DNA of 64,000 nucleotides, taken from Antedon mediterranea (taxonomy: Eukaryota; Animalia; Echinodermata). The translations under genes and the position numbers were made by a program. Each line of letters begins with the position of its first letter. Position 1 is the first letter of the stretch. Under the pieces are notes generated by a model. The model was not told the origin of the DNA and searched no databases. It saw only the letters and a list, made by a program, of their open reading frames with translations. The stretch covers positions 11,690,948-11,754,947 of the forward strand of contig NC_092673.1 of the NCBI RefSeq assembly GCF_964355755.1, given 5' to 3'. This document shows, one piece after another, positions 49,251 through 62,999 of this stretch.

Positions 49251-49944
49251 CTGGGTAAAAAATCCTTAACAAGAGCCGGTTTATTAAAATTTTCTCACAC
49301 ACTTTCATGGCATAAGCGCAATAGGCCTTAGGTCATTCATGCATTTCATGACTGATTTCTTTGGAATAGGAACTATACAAGAGGTTTTCCATATGTTGGA
49401 AATAGTTTGAGTAAAAGAAATATTAAAGATATTCATAAATACGTAACTTAGTTGGTCAGCACAATTTATCAGGACCAGCACCCTTACATGAGTTTGATCT
49501 CATTTGTTGTTACACTATCTAGCTGACCCCAGCATTAAGCATCCGTGTGATCGCATCCTTCTCCTCAGAGAAGTTGCGTGTATCTATTTTACTATTAGCA
49601 AACCCACTCATCAATCGCATGCCATTCCAAACCTGAAATCATTATTCATAAATTTGTTCAATTTTTCTTTTGTAGGCTAATTCACCTTTAAGAATGACAC
49701 GTTAATTATTAAATGCTGTTCTCTTCTGTTTACTATTGGCATACGATTTAACAAACGTGGGTGGGCTAATCATATTTTTACAAAACTCTATATAACCACA
49801 AACAGTTTCAGTAACTTCAGATACGTCACCAGAATTATGTAGAAACATATTTTAGTCAGTACAGTCCAAAGCCCCCCTTAAAGATCCTGAAACACAAAAA
49901 ATAAAGGTCAAAATATTCTAAATATAAATTGGCCATATTATTAT

Positions 49945-49977
<33 letters not shown>

Positions 49978-50099
49978 GTATTAGTCAAAGGGACAATACA
50001 TCTTTAAACATTCAAGTTTATAAGTGGTGCCAGAGCATCAACTTGCCATTCTTACCATGTTCACCATCTGCTTCAATTTAAAACAACATTATTGCCAAG

Positions 50100-51490
50100 C
50101 AAAAAGCATGATAAATAGTTACAGTAGATGGAACTGAGGAACAAGCTACTCTCAGAAATAACATTTCAGCTGCCCTCCAGGATGTAGAAAACCCTGATTA
50201 TGCAAACCCAGCCAGTCATTAGGAAGATCTTCCAGGCCTCAGCTGACTCAATTAATTTTGCTAAAAGGAACCAGGACTGGTTTGATGAGATTGATGCATC
50301 TATGAGGAAAAAAGAACTTCAGCCATTGGCAGCAAGATTTTTGCCAGAGTGATCAATTGCCTTTACCACTCACCTTTATAATACCCTCCCAGAAATTCAG
50401 TGTGGTTTTAGGCCAGATAGAGGCTATCATGTTGTTTGCAGCTAGGTAAATAAAAGAAAAATGCAGAGAACAAAACTTAGATCTGTATATGGTGTTTGCT
50501 GATCTCATCAAAGCTTTCGTTTCAGTTAGCTGTGATGGGCTTTGGAAACTTCTCTTGATGATTGGATGCCCACCATGAGTGACCAAAATCATCCGCTCAT
50601 TCCATGAAGGCATGAATACGGTGGGAGTCCGTCAGACTCATTCCTGTGACAAATGGTAACAAACAAGGATGTGTCATGGCCCTACTTTGTTTAGTGTCAT
50701 CTTTTCTGCAATGCTTCCTGATGCTTTCAAGAACTGCAACAAAGGTGTTCTGATCAGATTCATGATGGATGGTGGTATAATATTCAACCGTCGACGTCTA
50801 AAGGCCCGCTCTAAGGTGTCATCACTACTTCTGCGTAAATTATTATTTGCAGATGATTGTGCACTAATATCATACACAGAGGATGACCTACAGAGCATTG
50901 TGAATGACTTTGCAAGAGCAGCCCAATGTTATGGCCATCAGTATAAAAATATATATGTTCCAACCAAAACCAGGAAGCATACCTCATGAACCGGTCATAA
51001 AGATAGGTGACGATCAACTGAAAGTTGTGTAGAAGTTTTGCTACTTGGGTGGATTCCTTTCACAGTATAGACAAAATCACAGGTTAGAAAAGCAAGTGCT
51101 GCCTTTGGAAGACTGCATCAGACCATGGAATACGACTCAACACAAAGATTGCCATCTTTGTGTTGGACTTGGTACTGGCGATATGTAAAGAAGCTAGACC
51201 AATTCCACCTTCGGTGGCTTCGAAAAGTCTGTGGCACCTCCAGAATGATAGGGTATCCAAAACAGGTGTGCTAGAGCGCTGTCAGATCGAGGGAGTGAAA
51301 GCTTTCTTTATCAGGGCTCAACTGCGCTTGTCTGGTCACCTTATACATATGGAGGATAAATAAATATCAAAGGCACTCTTCTATACAAGAGATACAAGGA
51401 TGAAAGCCTGTGACATTCCTAACAACACCTGGGAGGGACAAGCACTTTGTCATACAGAAAGGTGATCAACCTGCCGAGATATTGTAGATA
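50100..51490 (+). mobile_element. Degenerate RTE-clade LINE RT in an FPGS intron
   Basis: PEIQCGFRPDR, KEKCREQNLDLYMVFADLIKAF, IIRSFHEGM, QGCVMAPTLFSVIFSAML, LLFADDCAL, FCYLG remnants. Confidence 0.85.
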
Positions 51491-52460
51491 GATTTGGGAA
51501 TCAGCGCATTCATGTTCAGCCTGTCACTAAATTTAATGTAACAGTAAATACGATATGGTCATATTGCGATAACTTTTCTCCTCTTTAAACAGTTAAAAAT
51601 GTGAAAAATAAGTCATTTCTAATAATTTAAGTGGCTCGCTATAAATCCCAACAGGCATTGCATGCAGATAAATTTTTACATTTTCCTTTAATAATTCACC
51701 CAATTTTTGGTCGATCATGATTCCAAAACAAATGGAAGACTCCTAACTCCCGCAATTTGTATTAACAGATTCTGGCAAAAACCGAAAGACAATTAATGCA
51801 GTAACTAGAAAACGTCAGACTAGGCCTTAGCTAGTGTGCAATATTCGTACGTTACTGCTGTTTACTAGCAGCTAAGCCTACAAAACTAAAGACAATCCAT
51901 GATGACATTCACCGCGAGCTACTAGTGCATTGTTCCTCTCTTTTTATCTTAAATTTACTATAAAACGTAAATTTAAGACAAGGAATGACCTGGTTTTAAT
52001 GTATAATATATATGCATTATTTTTATAAAATGTCAAAAATTGTAGGGAATGGGTCTTTAACTAAATATATGATGTAGCTTAAGTGACCGGGTTTTATTTA
52101 TAAGCTACTGTAAAAGTTTTGTAAAATAATGAAAATTTTGAAGTAATCTTCAGTTGAAAATGAAGTACAATGCCTGTTAACACAAAATATGTAATGGGAA
52201 TGGGAAAATGAAATGCTCAAAATGGTCTGAAATTTGCTCTGATTTTAGGAAACAAATATTTTGTGTGTGTACCATAACCTATGGTGTGAAGTTTATAAAA
52301 AACTATATTCCTGTTCTCTCAATTAACAGGACCTCTGCCATAGTAATTGTGCACAGTAATTGTAATTCTTGCTGAAATACAATTATCTTTGCTTTGTCAG
52401 GTTACTTAATAAAGTATTGGTGAATCACAATTAGATTAATAATAATAAAGGTTAAAATAC

Positions 52461-52687
52461 CATCAAGGGTGAAATTAATGCACTGTCTTTTCTATCTCCA
52501 GTTGAATTAAACACAAGTGCTTTAGCTACTAAACCATCAATGTTATTAGCCTCATCTTCAGCCACTTCTGTGAACCAATCAATACATGCCTGGATGCTAC
52601 GTGGTGTGTGTGCACCATCAAGGTAATAAGTTGCATTTTCCCGCTTGAATGTCTGAGTACGACCAGCCCAATAACAATCCTGTAAAC
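52461..52687 (-). CDS. FPGS: FPGS internal exon
   Basis: (G)LQDCYWAGRTQTFKRENATYYLDGAHTPRSIQACIDWF...ALVFNSTGDRKDSALISPLM|gt, 227 nt; WxGR and LDGAHT motifs. Confidence 0.95.
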
Positions 52688-52876
52688 CTATTAAAACCAG
52701 TATGAATAGAATGTAAATGATACTCTGTATCAGAATTTTGTTTTTGTCAGTTACTCTATAAATTTTAAATTTTTTTTTAAAAGATGCATTGTACTAGAGA
52801 GATAGAAGAACACTTATCAATTTCATTATTAATGTTTTAGTATACATACAAAATACATGCATACTATCACGCATAC

Positions 52877-52999
52877 CTTGCATGAAAACTTGTGGCACAA
52901 CAAATGGCTGAATGACAGGCATACCCCAAGACCTAGGTGTGTCACTAGTGTCTTCAGAGTCCACACATGTTCGCTTGCATTCTGGTTCAAATTCTACAT
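52877..52999 (-). CDS. FPGS: FPGS internal exon (variable linker)
   Basis: tag|(D)VEFEPECKRTCVDSEDTSDTPRSWGMPVIQPFVVPQVFMQ + G|gtatgc, 123 nt; phase 1-1. Confidence 0.8.
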
Positions 53000-53601
53000 C
53001 TAAAAATAAAATAATATGTAGTTGTGGTGTATGTATTACAGATGTTGTACTACAAGACTTTACAAACAAAGTAAAGAAACATCTGATATGATATATTGTT
53101 TGAAGGTTTGCATGGCAAAATAAATGTGTTGGAATATAAGTTTGTGGTACACCATATGTGTACTTCTTAAAAGAACTGTTGCGTTTTGATTAATATACAT
53201 TGATCATCCAGGAGTGAGAATGCGATTAAAATGATATTCCTTGCAGTAGATGCAACTACTATATAAACATTTTAAGATGTTCACACTGTCCCCAGGGTGT
53301 TTTGACGGGGTTGTCCATCCAAAACATTTAGAATGACTATGGCAAGCTTAAAACTGATTGATCTACATGTTGAGCCAATAAAATGATATTGCTTAAAACA
53401 CTTTCATATTCATTTAAAATGTTAAAGCACTATTAACTCATAAAATGTTCCCATAGTGCCAATACAAAATGATATTAGTTGCAGTATATGCCTAATTTGA
53501 ACTGTATGTTTACATTTGTATACAAAACATACAAACATAAAGTGATTTAAAAGGCCACAAATAATAATAATATTTACATTTAAACAGAAAATACTGATTA
53601 C

Positions 53602-53764
53602 CTTCAAATTTGATCAAGTCTGGATGTGTTTCCTGTACCCATGTTCTACATAACTGCAATGCCAGTGAAGCATTAACATGCTGATGTTTGCCTGCCAGCC
53701 CTAACTTCAAAGGTCTTCCTTTGAAATCATAATCACTTATTTTAGGGCAACAATGAATATTAGC
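53602..53764 (-). CDS. FPGS: FPGS internal exon
   Basis: ANIHCCPKISDYDFKGRPLKLGLAGKHQHVNASLALQLCRTW..., 163 nt. Confidence 0.93.
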
Positions 53765-55136
53765 CTAAAAGAAAACAAATCCAAACATAACAAATGAGGC
53801 AAGTTATAAAATTGTAATTATTGTATCTATTTAGATTTTTTTGCACGAAAATGTGACTGCAGGCATTTGGATATAACAGATCCAATGTTACAGATGTACG
53901 GACACTTTTCCAAAACATTTGATTTATCAGTTGATACAAATGTTCTAATAGGAGGTTTAAATTCTTTGTACGTTTTGTATGCACATACCCTATTTCCAAA
54001 AAAAAAAATTTCTAAAAATAAAACAGCGAAAATATGAACGGTACGGACGGACAAGACGATTTCAGTACAATTTCTATCTAGGAAAGCAAGGCCTTAAATT
54101 GTTATTGGTAAAGTAAATTTACTCATGTCGTTGTAAAATACGAGCAAATATTAAAAAATAAAATTTTTTAGTTTTTAAAATAATTCAAAAATTATATTGT
54201 TACAGATGCACACTGTTGTGTATTAAGGACAGACACTTTTGCTCCAAAAACATATTTGGTGCACTTTCATAATATAAATTGCCGAATATGTATTTTCTTC
54301 TGTAAATATATTGTTTAAACAATTGTTACAGCATATGTCTGGCAGTAACAGAAAGAAATCATGGCAATCAATAGGTACACGTATTTTACAATATGTACAA
54401 AATTTCTGTTTTCATCGGTAGATTTTCATCCCAACGCTGTAGAAGTAATTACCGGGTTCATGGTGGGTCATGGCCTTGCAACTTGGTGGGTCATGGCCTT
54501 GCAACTTGGTGGCGATAGTCATTTTATTAATTTTTTTGGTTTTTGGAGCGTGTGTGTGAACGTACATTATCTAGCAAAATAAACATTTTACTGCAAAATA
54601 ATAAAGATCAAATGAAATATATTCATAAAGCATAGGAGTATACTTGTGGGGAATAGTATATAAAATTACATCGGGAAAACTGATAAGACATTTGTATGAA
54701 ATTAAGTGAAACCCAGATAGCCGAGTTGTTGAATGGGCTGGCAGGAATAACTGTGGGCTATCTGTGTCCCGTTATGTTGCAAGCCGTCTCAAGCGTCTTC
54801 CTTCTTAGGCCGAAACGGCCCACTGTGTCGCAAAAGTTAGTTTCAAAAGACGTGTAAACTAAATAATGTATCAATTATACCAATTAGGATGTTATTTATT
54901 TGAATAAACCCAATAAAACATCACTTAGATTAATAATCGACGTTCCTCCCCCTTCCAAAACATCTAATAAACGCCGCCCCCCTTCCACCCAATCATTTAA
55001 TAAACGCCCATCCACATACATTTATACACACAATATTGTATTATATTTTATAACACAATTATTATACGACTCTATTTGATTATAATAAATGTTACCATAT
55101 AATGAAAACTTCGACAGGCAACTGGAACTCATCTAG

Positions 55137-55622
55137 ACCCCATTTACACTTACGATTTAGGCCGGCCCTGGGTCGGCAATTGATAAGTGTAAATACTCCA
55201 AAAAGTTAGGCCGGCCCTGGGCCGGACGCAGATCTGGGCCACCTCTCCAGGTAGGTTCAGGAGCGGCTTTTAAGTTTTGGGCCAACTTACGCAGTGAACC
55301 GTGAACAACGTTTGACCTTTTTATGAGGTTGTTGTTAGATATTTTGTAAAAAGAACCTCCTCTTCATTATCCTCATCTGTGACTCTTTTCAATAAAGTAT
55401 TCCTCCGCTTGACGGTCGGTTCGTGCGGAAAGTTGAGATCGAGAGAGAAAAATGTAAACAAACTGTACTTCGTATCCCAGTATGCAATGGTACTTCCGAT
55501 AAAATTATTTACGACCAGTAATCTGCGTCGCTAGTGTAAACCCTCTGGGCCAGCCTAAAAGGTAAATATTTGCAACCGGCCCAGGACCGGCCCTGGACCC
55601 AAACAAAAGTGTAAATGGGGTC
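55137..55622. mobile_element. MITE (PIF/Harbinger-like) nested in another repeat
   Basis: TIR GACCCCATTTACACTT / AAGTGTAAATGGGGTC; internal GGCCGGCCCTGGG motifs. Confidence 0.8.
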
Positions 55623-55904
55623 TTAGGCTAATTATATTTTTTGAAAGATTCCACGTCTTGTAGAGATGCTCCCATTAATTAATAAAAATCCTAAAAATGA
55701 TCTAAAGTTAATTTAAATACCCTTTTGATTTAAATTAGTACATTTCTCCAAATATAGAATAGATTTTTTTTTTCGTATACAAAAAAGTACTATTAAACAT
55801 TTTTTAATAGTGCGTACTATTGCACGCCATGTGACCCACAATCGTCCCATCAAATGACAGGAATTTATTTAGGTGTTATATAATATAAAATAATATATAA
55901 AGTA

Positions 55905-56817
55905 TTATATAACACCTAAATAAATTCCTGTCATTTGATTGGACGATTGTGGGTCACATGGCGTGCAATAGTACGCACTATTAAACGATCGTTTAATAGT
56001 ACTTTTTGAAACATTTTTGTGTACGAAAAAAAAAACGTCTCGCGGATGAAAAAAAATCTAGTACACAAATTATCCTATGATATGGCTCTGTACTGTGAAA
56101 TACAACAGCACCACCTGTCGTCTGGTCTCAGTTTCATTTGTAAACACCACCGCGAGATATGCAACAGCAGCAGATATTTGTGTACGATTTGGACATTATG
56201 TACTAATTTCATTCAAAAAGGCATTTAAATTAGCTTTAGATCGTTTTTAGGATTTTGATTAATTAATGGGGACATCCCTACAAGACGTGGAATTGTTGGA
56301 AAAACCATAATTAGCTTAGATAAGTTCCAATTGTCTGTCGAAGTTTTGCCTTTCAGCCAAGCTAGTACTAGGCTACTAGGTCTAGCCTAGGTCATGCTAG
56401 TATTAGGCTAGGCCTAGCCTAGGCGTTTTAGCCTTGATAGGCCTAGGATTGTTTGGTCGTTTGTTGACATAATTAACACAAAAGTAGGTGTTTTTACGAA
56501 ATCCATATAAATATAGCATTTAATATAAAATTATTAAAAACCAAATGTTACTGTTTTTAATCAATGTGTGTGAATGAAATGTAGTAAGCTTTGGCTAGGG
56601 CTACCTTTTATTTGATTCAAATAACTAGAATTTATTTAGATGTTATATAAAACAAATAATGAATGTTTTGTATTCGTGTAATGGTACAAATAATGGCACT
56701 TGGTGAATGATGAAAGGTTATATCAACTCGGCGTTGCCTCGTTGATATAACCTTTCATCATTCACCTCGTGCCATTATTTGTACCATTACACTCATAAAC
56801 ATTCATTATTTGTATAT
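55905..56817. mobile_element. Element with inverted ends plus an appended ~170-bp palindrome; an inverted second copy abuts it on the left
   Basis: TATATAACACCTAAATAAATTC (~55905) / GAATTTATTTAGATGTTATATA (~56650), then palindrome 56652-56813 centred on TCAACTCGGCGTTGCCTCGTTGA. Confidence 0.65.
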
Positions 56818-57344
56818 TAATACAGAGTGCTATAACACAATGAGTTTGCTTGTACTGTATTTAGGTTTAATATAATAACAAAAAAATATAACTACAAAAA
56901 ACATGGTAAAATGCCTATTCATCAACATAGTAAAAAGTTGTTATATGATCCTGTAAGTGTAAAGTTTTAAAATGACATTATGATTATCTCATTAGCATTG
57001 GTAGTTACACTTTTACAGGAAAATATACTTTTTTTTGTAGAAGCTCCTATTATTTTTGTTGACCTAATTAAATTTTCTTTTGCTACGGATGGACATAAAA
57101 AATGCCTATATATTGTGTGTGATTTTATACTGTTTTACAGGATCATGTAAAAACTTAATTACATTTTTTATGTTACGGACAGACATTTTAGCATGTATTT
57201 TAAAAACTTATTTTTTAAACTTATATTAATTGAAAATTCTTATGAAATGTCAATCTGTAACGTTCAGATTGTATACCCCTTTTGTACCCATCTTTCTTTA
57301 CCTTTGTTTTACAACTCAGGCGAACTTCAACATACAGTATTATA

Positions 57345-57530
57345 CAGTCAACTCTCCCAATACCGGACTCTCTGAAAACCATAAACTCTCCCAATACCAG
57401 ACATTTTTTGAGAACCAAAAGGTCCCCAATTTATATTTACCATTAAAAACACATTCCGAATACCAGACTTTCCGGAAAACCAGACTTATTTGGCCGGCCC
57501 AAAGGTGTCCGGTATTGGGAGAGTTGACTG
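57345..57530. mobile_element. Tc1/mariner MITE
   Basis: ta|CAGTCAACTCTCCCAATACCGGAC...GTCCGGTATTGGGAGAGTTGACTG|ta; perfect 24-bp TIR, TA TSD. Confidence 0.9.
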
Positions 57531-57724
57531 TACTAGTATTGGTATCAACACACATTAATTCCCAACGTTTCGTGTTTGTGTGTGTTAAATGTTTGCAATA
57601 GTAATAGAACAAGTAAAATATGAAATTTATTTTGTTTTTCCTAATTGTCTTCCTTAATGTTTTATGATCCACCACTTGCTATAAAGTATTATGCTGTTTT
57701 TAAAATGTAAAAACTAAGTCAAAC

Positions 57725-57802
57725 CTTAAGTTCATTTGCCCTTTGGAAAATTACATTCATTCCATCTTGAGGTTGAGGCACTGTGAAGGCAGGATGATTT
57801 GG
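57725..57802 (-). CDS. FPGS: FPGS internal exon
   Basis: aag|PNHPAFTVPQPQDGMNVIFQRANELK|gt, 78 nt. Confidence 0.9.
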
Positions 57803-59232
57803 CTTTGGAAAAAAAAATTGCTATTGATTATATTTCTTTATTGTAATAATATGCCAAGTGTTATAAATTAATTGTAGGTTTAGCTTTAATATTTTAGCTA
57901 TATGTAAAATGGCATTCAGTACTAAACAGGTTAAAATAATAACTTATAGTTTAAGAGCCAGAAAAGGATTACTTGCACCCTCTAGCAAACTAAGTTAGCA
58001 ATGTTTTTTTGCTTTTGCTTGAAAATATGGACCTATAGTTGGCCAGAAATTAAGTTATGTAAAAGTCGTATCAAAGTTCCAACTTGGAGTCAATTGTATA
58101 AAACCTTAAAAAGATATTTGAATTATACACATAGGTCAGTTTCTTTCTTGCTTGTGTTTAAAATTATGAAAATCTAAAGACAAATCAAAGTAAACCATTA
58201 CTAGTATGACTATGTTATAATAACCCGAAAGGACAATATTTCCTCCTTTTTCTTGGATTTACTAATAATTTAAAAAGCAAATAAATGAATGAAAATTGCA
58301 TAGTAAACCATCATACTATATCAGTGCGCATGTGATTTCAATTAAAACTAGTATCCTAAATATAGGTTTGTGAATAAAGATTACTATGCAACTAATTTAC
58401 ATATTATCAAACATCAAACATTATTGTAATGGAGGAAACACTGGAACATCTGACCAAAACAAACCTAAGTTCTTTAGAATTGTTAACTTATTAATATTTA
58501 ATTTTAGTTTTAATTAAAATCACATATACTGAGTAGTATGATGTTTAGGTCATGGTAATCTTCTTAATTTGTATTAGCTATAAATTATTATAAGTTATTG
58601 ATTCAAACAAAAAGGAGGACAAATAAATAATATAATATAATTAGTTTAGATTGTAATTATAATACTAAATATTAATAATGATATTGGTGATGAGAGATTT
58701 AACTGTGATGTTATTCATTAGAATGAATAGAGTTATGTATCTACTAATAGGACTGTCACAGATATTTTGATATTAAGCAAAACAATATTCGCTAGTTATT
58801 AAAAATGTAAGTGTGCTCCACGCACAAAAAGGTTTGTACCAGCTATAGGTTAAATGTCAAAATAAGATGTTTTTTTTATTTCTGTTGTATTAGAGCAAAT
58901 ATAAATACTGTATATATATTCCGAGTAATTTGAGACTAAAATTATAACTTTCTAACTAGTGGTTGCTGAGATATTGATATGGCCATTTTCTTGACCAATG
59001 GTTAACAATAAAGTTTCACAGTAATTTAAGTAATTTCACTACACCTAGTATTTACCAAGTTACGCAAAGTTTTAATTTTGACCATATTGACCTTTTGGCC
59101 CCTGTACTGACCAAGCATTTTTTCGGCCAACAGCAAAAATTGATATAAGCAAAAAAACATTGTTAACTTAGTTTGCTAGAGGGTGCAGGTGAACCCTTTC
59201 TGGCTTCCCAACTATTATATGTCTTTACTCAC

Positions 59233-59335
59233 CTTACAAATGCCAGCCTTCTGCCAGGCAATTTTACCAATGGTATCTCCTAAAACACGGATATGATCCA
59301 AACCTAGACTTGTTATTCCCACAACTACAGGATTT
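59233..59335 (-). CDS. FPGS: FPGS internal exon
   Basis: (K)NPVVVGITSLGLDHIRVLGDTIGKIAWQKAGICK|gtgagt, 103 nt. Confidence 0.95.
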
Positions 59336-59497
59336 CTACACAAAAAAATATATAATCTTTGAATAATTTCAAAAAGTGAAGTGTATGGTGATACTGCTAA
59401 TTGGGCACTGCAGAGAATCAACAACTTTCTTCAGCATACAGCATTTGTTTACCTGCAAAGCAGATGAATTCAAACATCTTCTATAAAGATAAAATGA

Positions 59498-60060
59498 ACT
59501 AGATTTAAACTTGTCACTATAGACGAGTTAGGTTATCCACACGACAAATGCCATGTGCACGTCATACATGTTGTTAGTGTGCTCTCTATTTTGTGTCTAA
59601 GTATATATACAGTGTAGCATAGGTGAAAATAACGGGACCCGCATTTTATTCCAATTTTTAACATGATGACATCAACAAAATAAAACACAAAGACAGCAAT
59701 TTTTAAGGGAATTATCTAAGCAGATTGTGAATCTTTAAGAAATTTGGATACGTATAATATGAATGCGCGCTCTTTTGTGAACACTACTAAAAAAGGCTGG
59801 AAAATATAATTAACGCTATGTGTACACTGTGCACGTACAAATTTGACATGAAAGTTGATTAGAAATTGATTTTTTGCATTTTAAATTTCATGCACGCATA
59901 ACTTTCTGTGGAACTTGCCATTTGTTTTCATCAGAAAGTTAGCGTATGATATAAATTACATTTTTGCTAAGTTTCAATTTAAAATGTTATTTCGTTTTCG
60001 CCCTACGTTAAAAACGTGAAAGTCATAAAATCGCGGGTAAGTCATGTTGCACAATTGTAA
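59498..60060 (-). mobile_element. Helitron/Helentron-like element, same family as 45004; distal boundary approximate
   Basis: AACTAGATTTAAACTTGTCACTATAGACGAGTTAGG terminus and shared internal motif GATTAGAAATTGATTTT. Confidence 0.55.
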
Positions 60061-60296
60061 ACGCCATGAAAATGTAAGCTGCAACACTACTGTACACCAA
60101 CCAATTTATTAAAGCATGAGACCAAAACTTACCATTGCAGTCCATTGCCAAAATATTCATATTCATTAAAATAAATTCTATATTCCCTAGATTTCATTAC
60201 TTTTTAGGCAAATAATGTCAACAATGTGGCCTGGCTTTACAATACATGTCACATGTATTGTAAAGCCATGCCACTGTTGTGGAATTGCAAACTTAC

Positions 60297-60358
60297 TTAA
60301 TAATATTAGTGCAATCATAAGCTCCTCCCAATCCTACTTCAATGATAGCAACATCAAC
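60297..60358 (-). CDS. FPGS: FPGS internal exon
   Basis: VDVAIIEVGLGGAYDCTNII|gtaagt, 62 nt. Confidence 0.95.
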
Positions 60359-61352
60359 CTATAAAGCCAAACATGGACAGAACAATTTTTCCACTGGTCT
60401 TTTTTCAGATGTTTGGTATTTAACCTTAATTAAAATACCAAAGTCATTCATTCATTCATCAATATTTCATTCCAAGATTTAAAACAAATACAATATGACA
60501 AGAATGATAATGAAGTGCTTTAAAGATATAATGTCATTTTTTTTTCGTTGAATATGCCATTTTAATGTTACATAATTATTATATTAAGCAAAAAAACATA
60601 AACATAGTTTTCTAGTGGGTGCAGGTGGACCCTTTCTGGCTCCCCAACTATTATATAAATTCTCCTATTTAAGATTTCCCACCGAATATATATTTTGTAT
60701 TGTTTAAATCTAGCTATGTTATTTCTGTTGGTTACGCTTCTCTGCACAGCATTGTGTGTCATTGATCAAAGATGTCTTCCATTTCGTGTAATGCTGTGGT
60801 CAACTTGATATTGAACATTTTATGACATGCAGAGCTATGAAAACATCCATTAAAATCTTATGAAAATCAGGCAATCATTTTTGAATACTTCTGCTAACTA
60901 ACAAAGAAACAAACAAACACACACATTCTGGCAGAGGTAATAAATACAAATTTACTCGCATATGCACACACTTATGACCGCTAAAAAAATTTAAACTTTA
61001 GCCACACATACACCATTGGTTGGAGCCGAGGTTAGAACATTTTTAGGAACATAGTCCTGTAGTTCCCTGGAAATTGCATTGTATTTTGGAGGGTAAAGAT
61101 TCTGCTGATTCACCGGAAAAGAATCAGCGTAGCCTGGGGCCCATTTAATGTCTTCAAAGTACACACAGGATTTTAAATTACATTTATTTTGGCCGAAACA
61201 AGTTACACACATTTTCAGCAACATTAAAAGACGCTTATAACACTAAATTATGTTGTTTTTTAAATATTTTTTCTTAAACAATGCAAAGGGGCAGATGGAA
61301 AAAAAATAAAACGCAGTAATATGTATGAATAAATTTTTTCCAATGACATTAC

Positions 61353-61545
61353 CTTTTCTTGTAAGAATAGATGAAATGCCATTATTGTAAGAAATCGAAA
61401 ATATGCAGGCATTTCACCATTGCACTGATCCTTGGTTGCAACCAGACGATTATAAACAGTAAATAAAGTGTCTGCAAATGACTGCTTAGATATTGGCTGA
61501 CCGTTAATTCGTATTCTTTCACGTACTTCAACTAAATGAGGTGAA
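61353..61545 (-). CDS. FPGS: FPGS internal exon
   Basis: (S)SPHLVEVRERIRINGQPISK...MPAYFRFLTIMAFHLFLQEK|gt, 193 nt. Confidence 0.96.
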
Positions 61546-61738
61546 CTATAAGACAATTGTAAAATTCTTTTCATTGATTCAATATTTAACCATACAAATA
61601 ATATGTATTCACAAAGTTATGAAAACATACAAATTACAAAAAAAATTTAAAAAAACTTTAAGGTGTGTCACATTTTTGGTTGGGTAACTTGACCTTTTTA
61701 GCATAACTAAATCAATGACTATAATAGTGATGAATCAC

Positions 61739-61857
61739 CTGTAGAAGCCAGTCTTAAAGCCACAAGAACGTAGGATGCTTTCACATAATGCACACACAGA
61801 GCCTTTTCCTTTAGTACCGCTCACATGAATTATCTTCAGTTTGTCTAGATCATCTAA
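61739..61857 (-). CDS. FPGS: FPGS exon with P-loop
   Basis: LDDLDKLKIIHVSGTKGKGSVCALCESILRSCGFKTGFY, 119 nt. Confidence 0.96.
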
Positions 61858-62321
61858 CTGTACAAAACAACATATAAAACTACATAACAGTACAATAACT
61901 TGAATAATTATAGTAAACAAATATCATAATATGAATAATAAAAAATGGCCATTTTCCAAAACAGATTGATGAGCATTTCTTTTAGATTTGTATTGTATGT
62001 ATGGTAGATGTTCACAAAATACTGAAATAATAACAGAATGGCAAATGGTTTTACATTTAGCAAAAGCAAAACAAGTGGAGACAAATTTGGAGAAGGATCA
62101 TTAATAGTCTAATTATTTAAAACATTTTTTATAATAATACTCATACAAATATACTTTCCCATTGAGAATTTTTTTTCTGGTTAAAACTATGGCCAGAAGT
62201 GCCTCCAAAACTGTTTTGAGTAATACTAATAAGGCAAATTATATTTGCTAAATGGTAAATGTTTGAGCCAATACAGAATATATGATAATGTCTAGGCATG
62301 CATCTTCCTGTGTACACTTAC

Positions 62322-62456
62322 ACTCATTTCTGCCCTTTGAAGAAAATTGACAACAGTTGGCAGGTTGTTGGTGGGACTACCTGGTTGCTTGTCTTTACGT
62401 ATTTTATCAAGAACTTGTGAATTTGTCTGCAATGTATTCAATGCAGATACAGCTTC
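62322..62456 (-). CDS. FPGS: Folylpolyglutamate synthase, first coding exon within the window
   Basis: tag|EAVSALNTLQTNSQVLDKIRK...FLQRAEMS|gtaagt, 135 nt; LNTLQTN motif; start exon lies beyond 64000. Confidence 0.92.
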
Positions 62457-62999
62457 CTACAGGATAGTACAAAACAAAATTAGATTACAATTTCACCAAA
62501 TATAAAACATTCCATACCAACCAACAAGATTTTGAATACAAACACTATCGTAGGTTACATTTAATGTTTTCCTCATGTTTGCAGAGGTATATCAATATGC
62601 ACTAAAAAATGTTGAAAACATAAAATAACAATAAATATAATGTTTACTAAATCACTGAACATGAATTTTCATTACTACTTTATACCAAGTTATTGCAAAT
62701 TTAAAATATAGAAAAACCTTATTAAAAATATAGAAAAACCTTATTAAAAACATATGAAATATAACAAATAATTATAAAAAAGTTGTTGTTTGCTGTTCAC
62801 AAGGTACAGACTATTAATTATGTTATTTAAAATTCTGGTAGTATGGGATTGCACTATTTGAATAACGACTGCTGTTTTTGGCTAATGATTCTAACAGATT
62901 TCTAAGGTACTGATAAAATACTTTTATTGCAAATTTTGGATTTGTTAAATTATACAATAAATATATTATTATAATTAAAAGAAAATATAAAAAATATTG

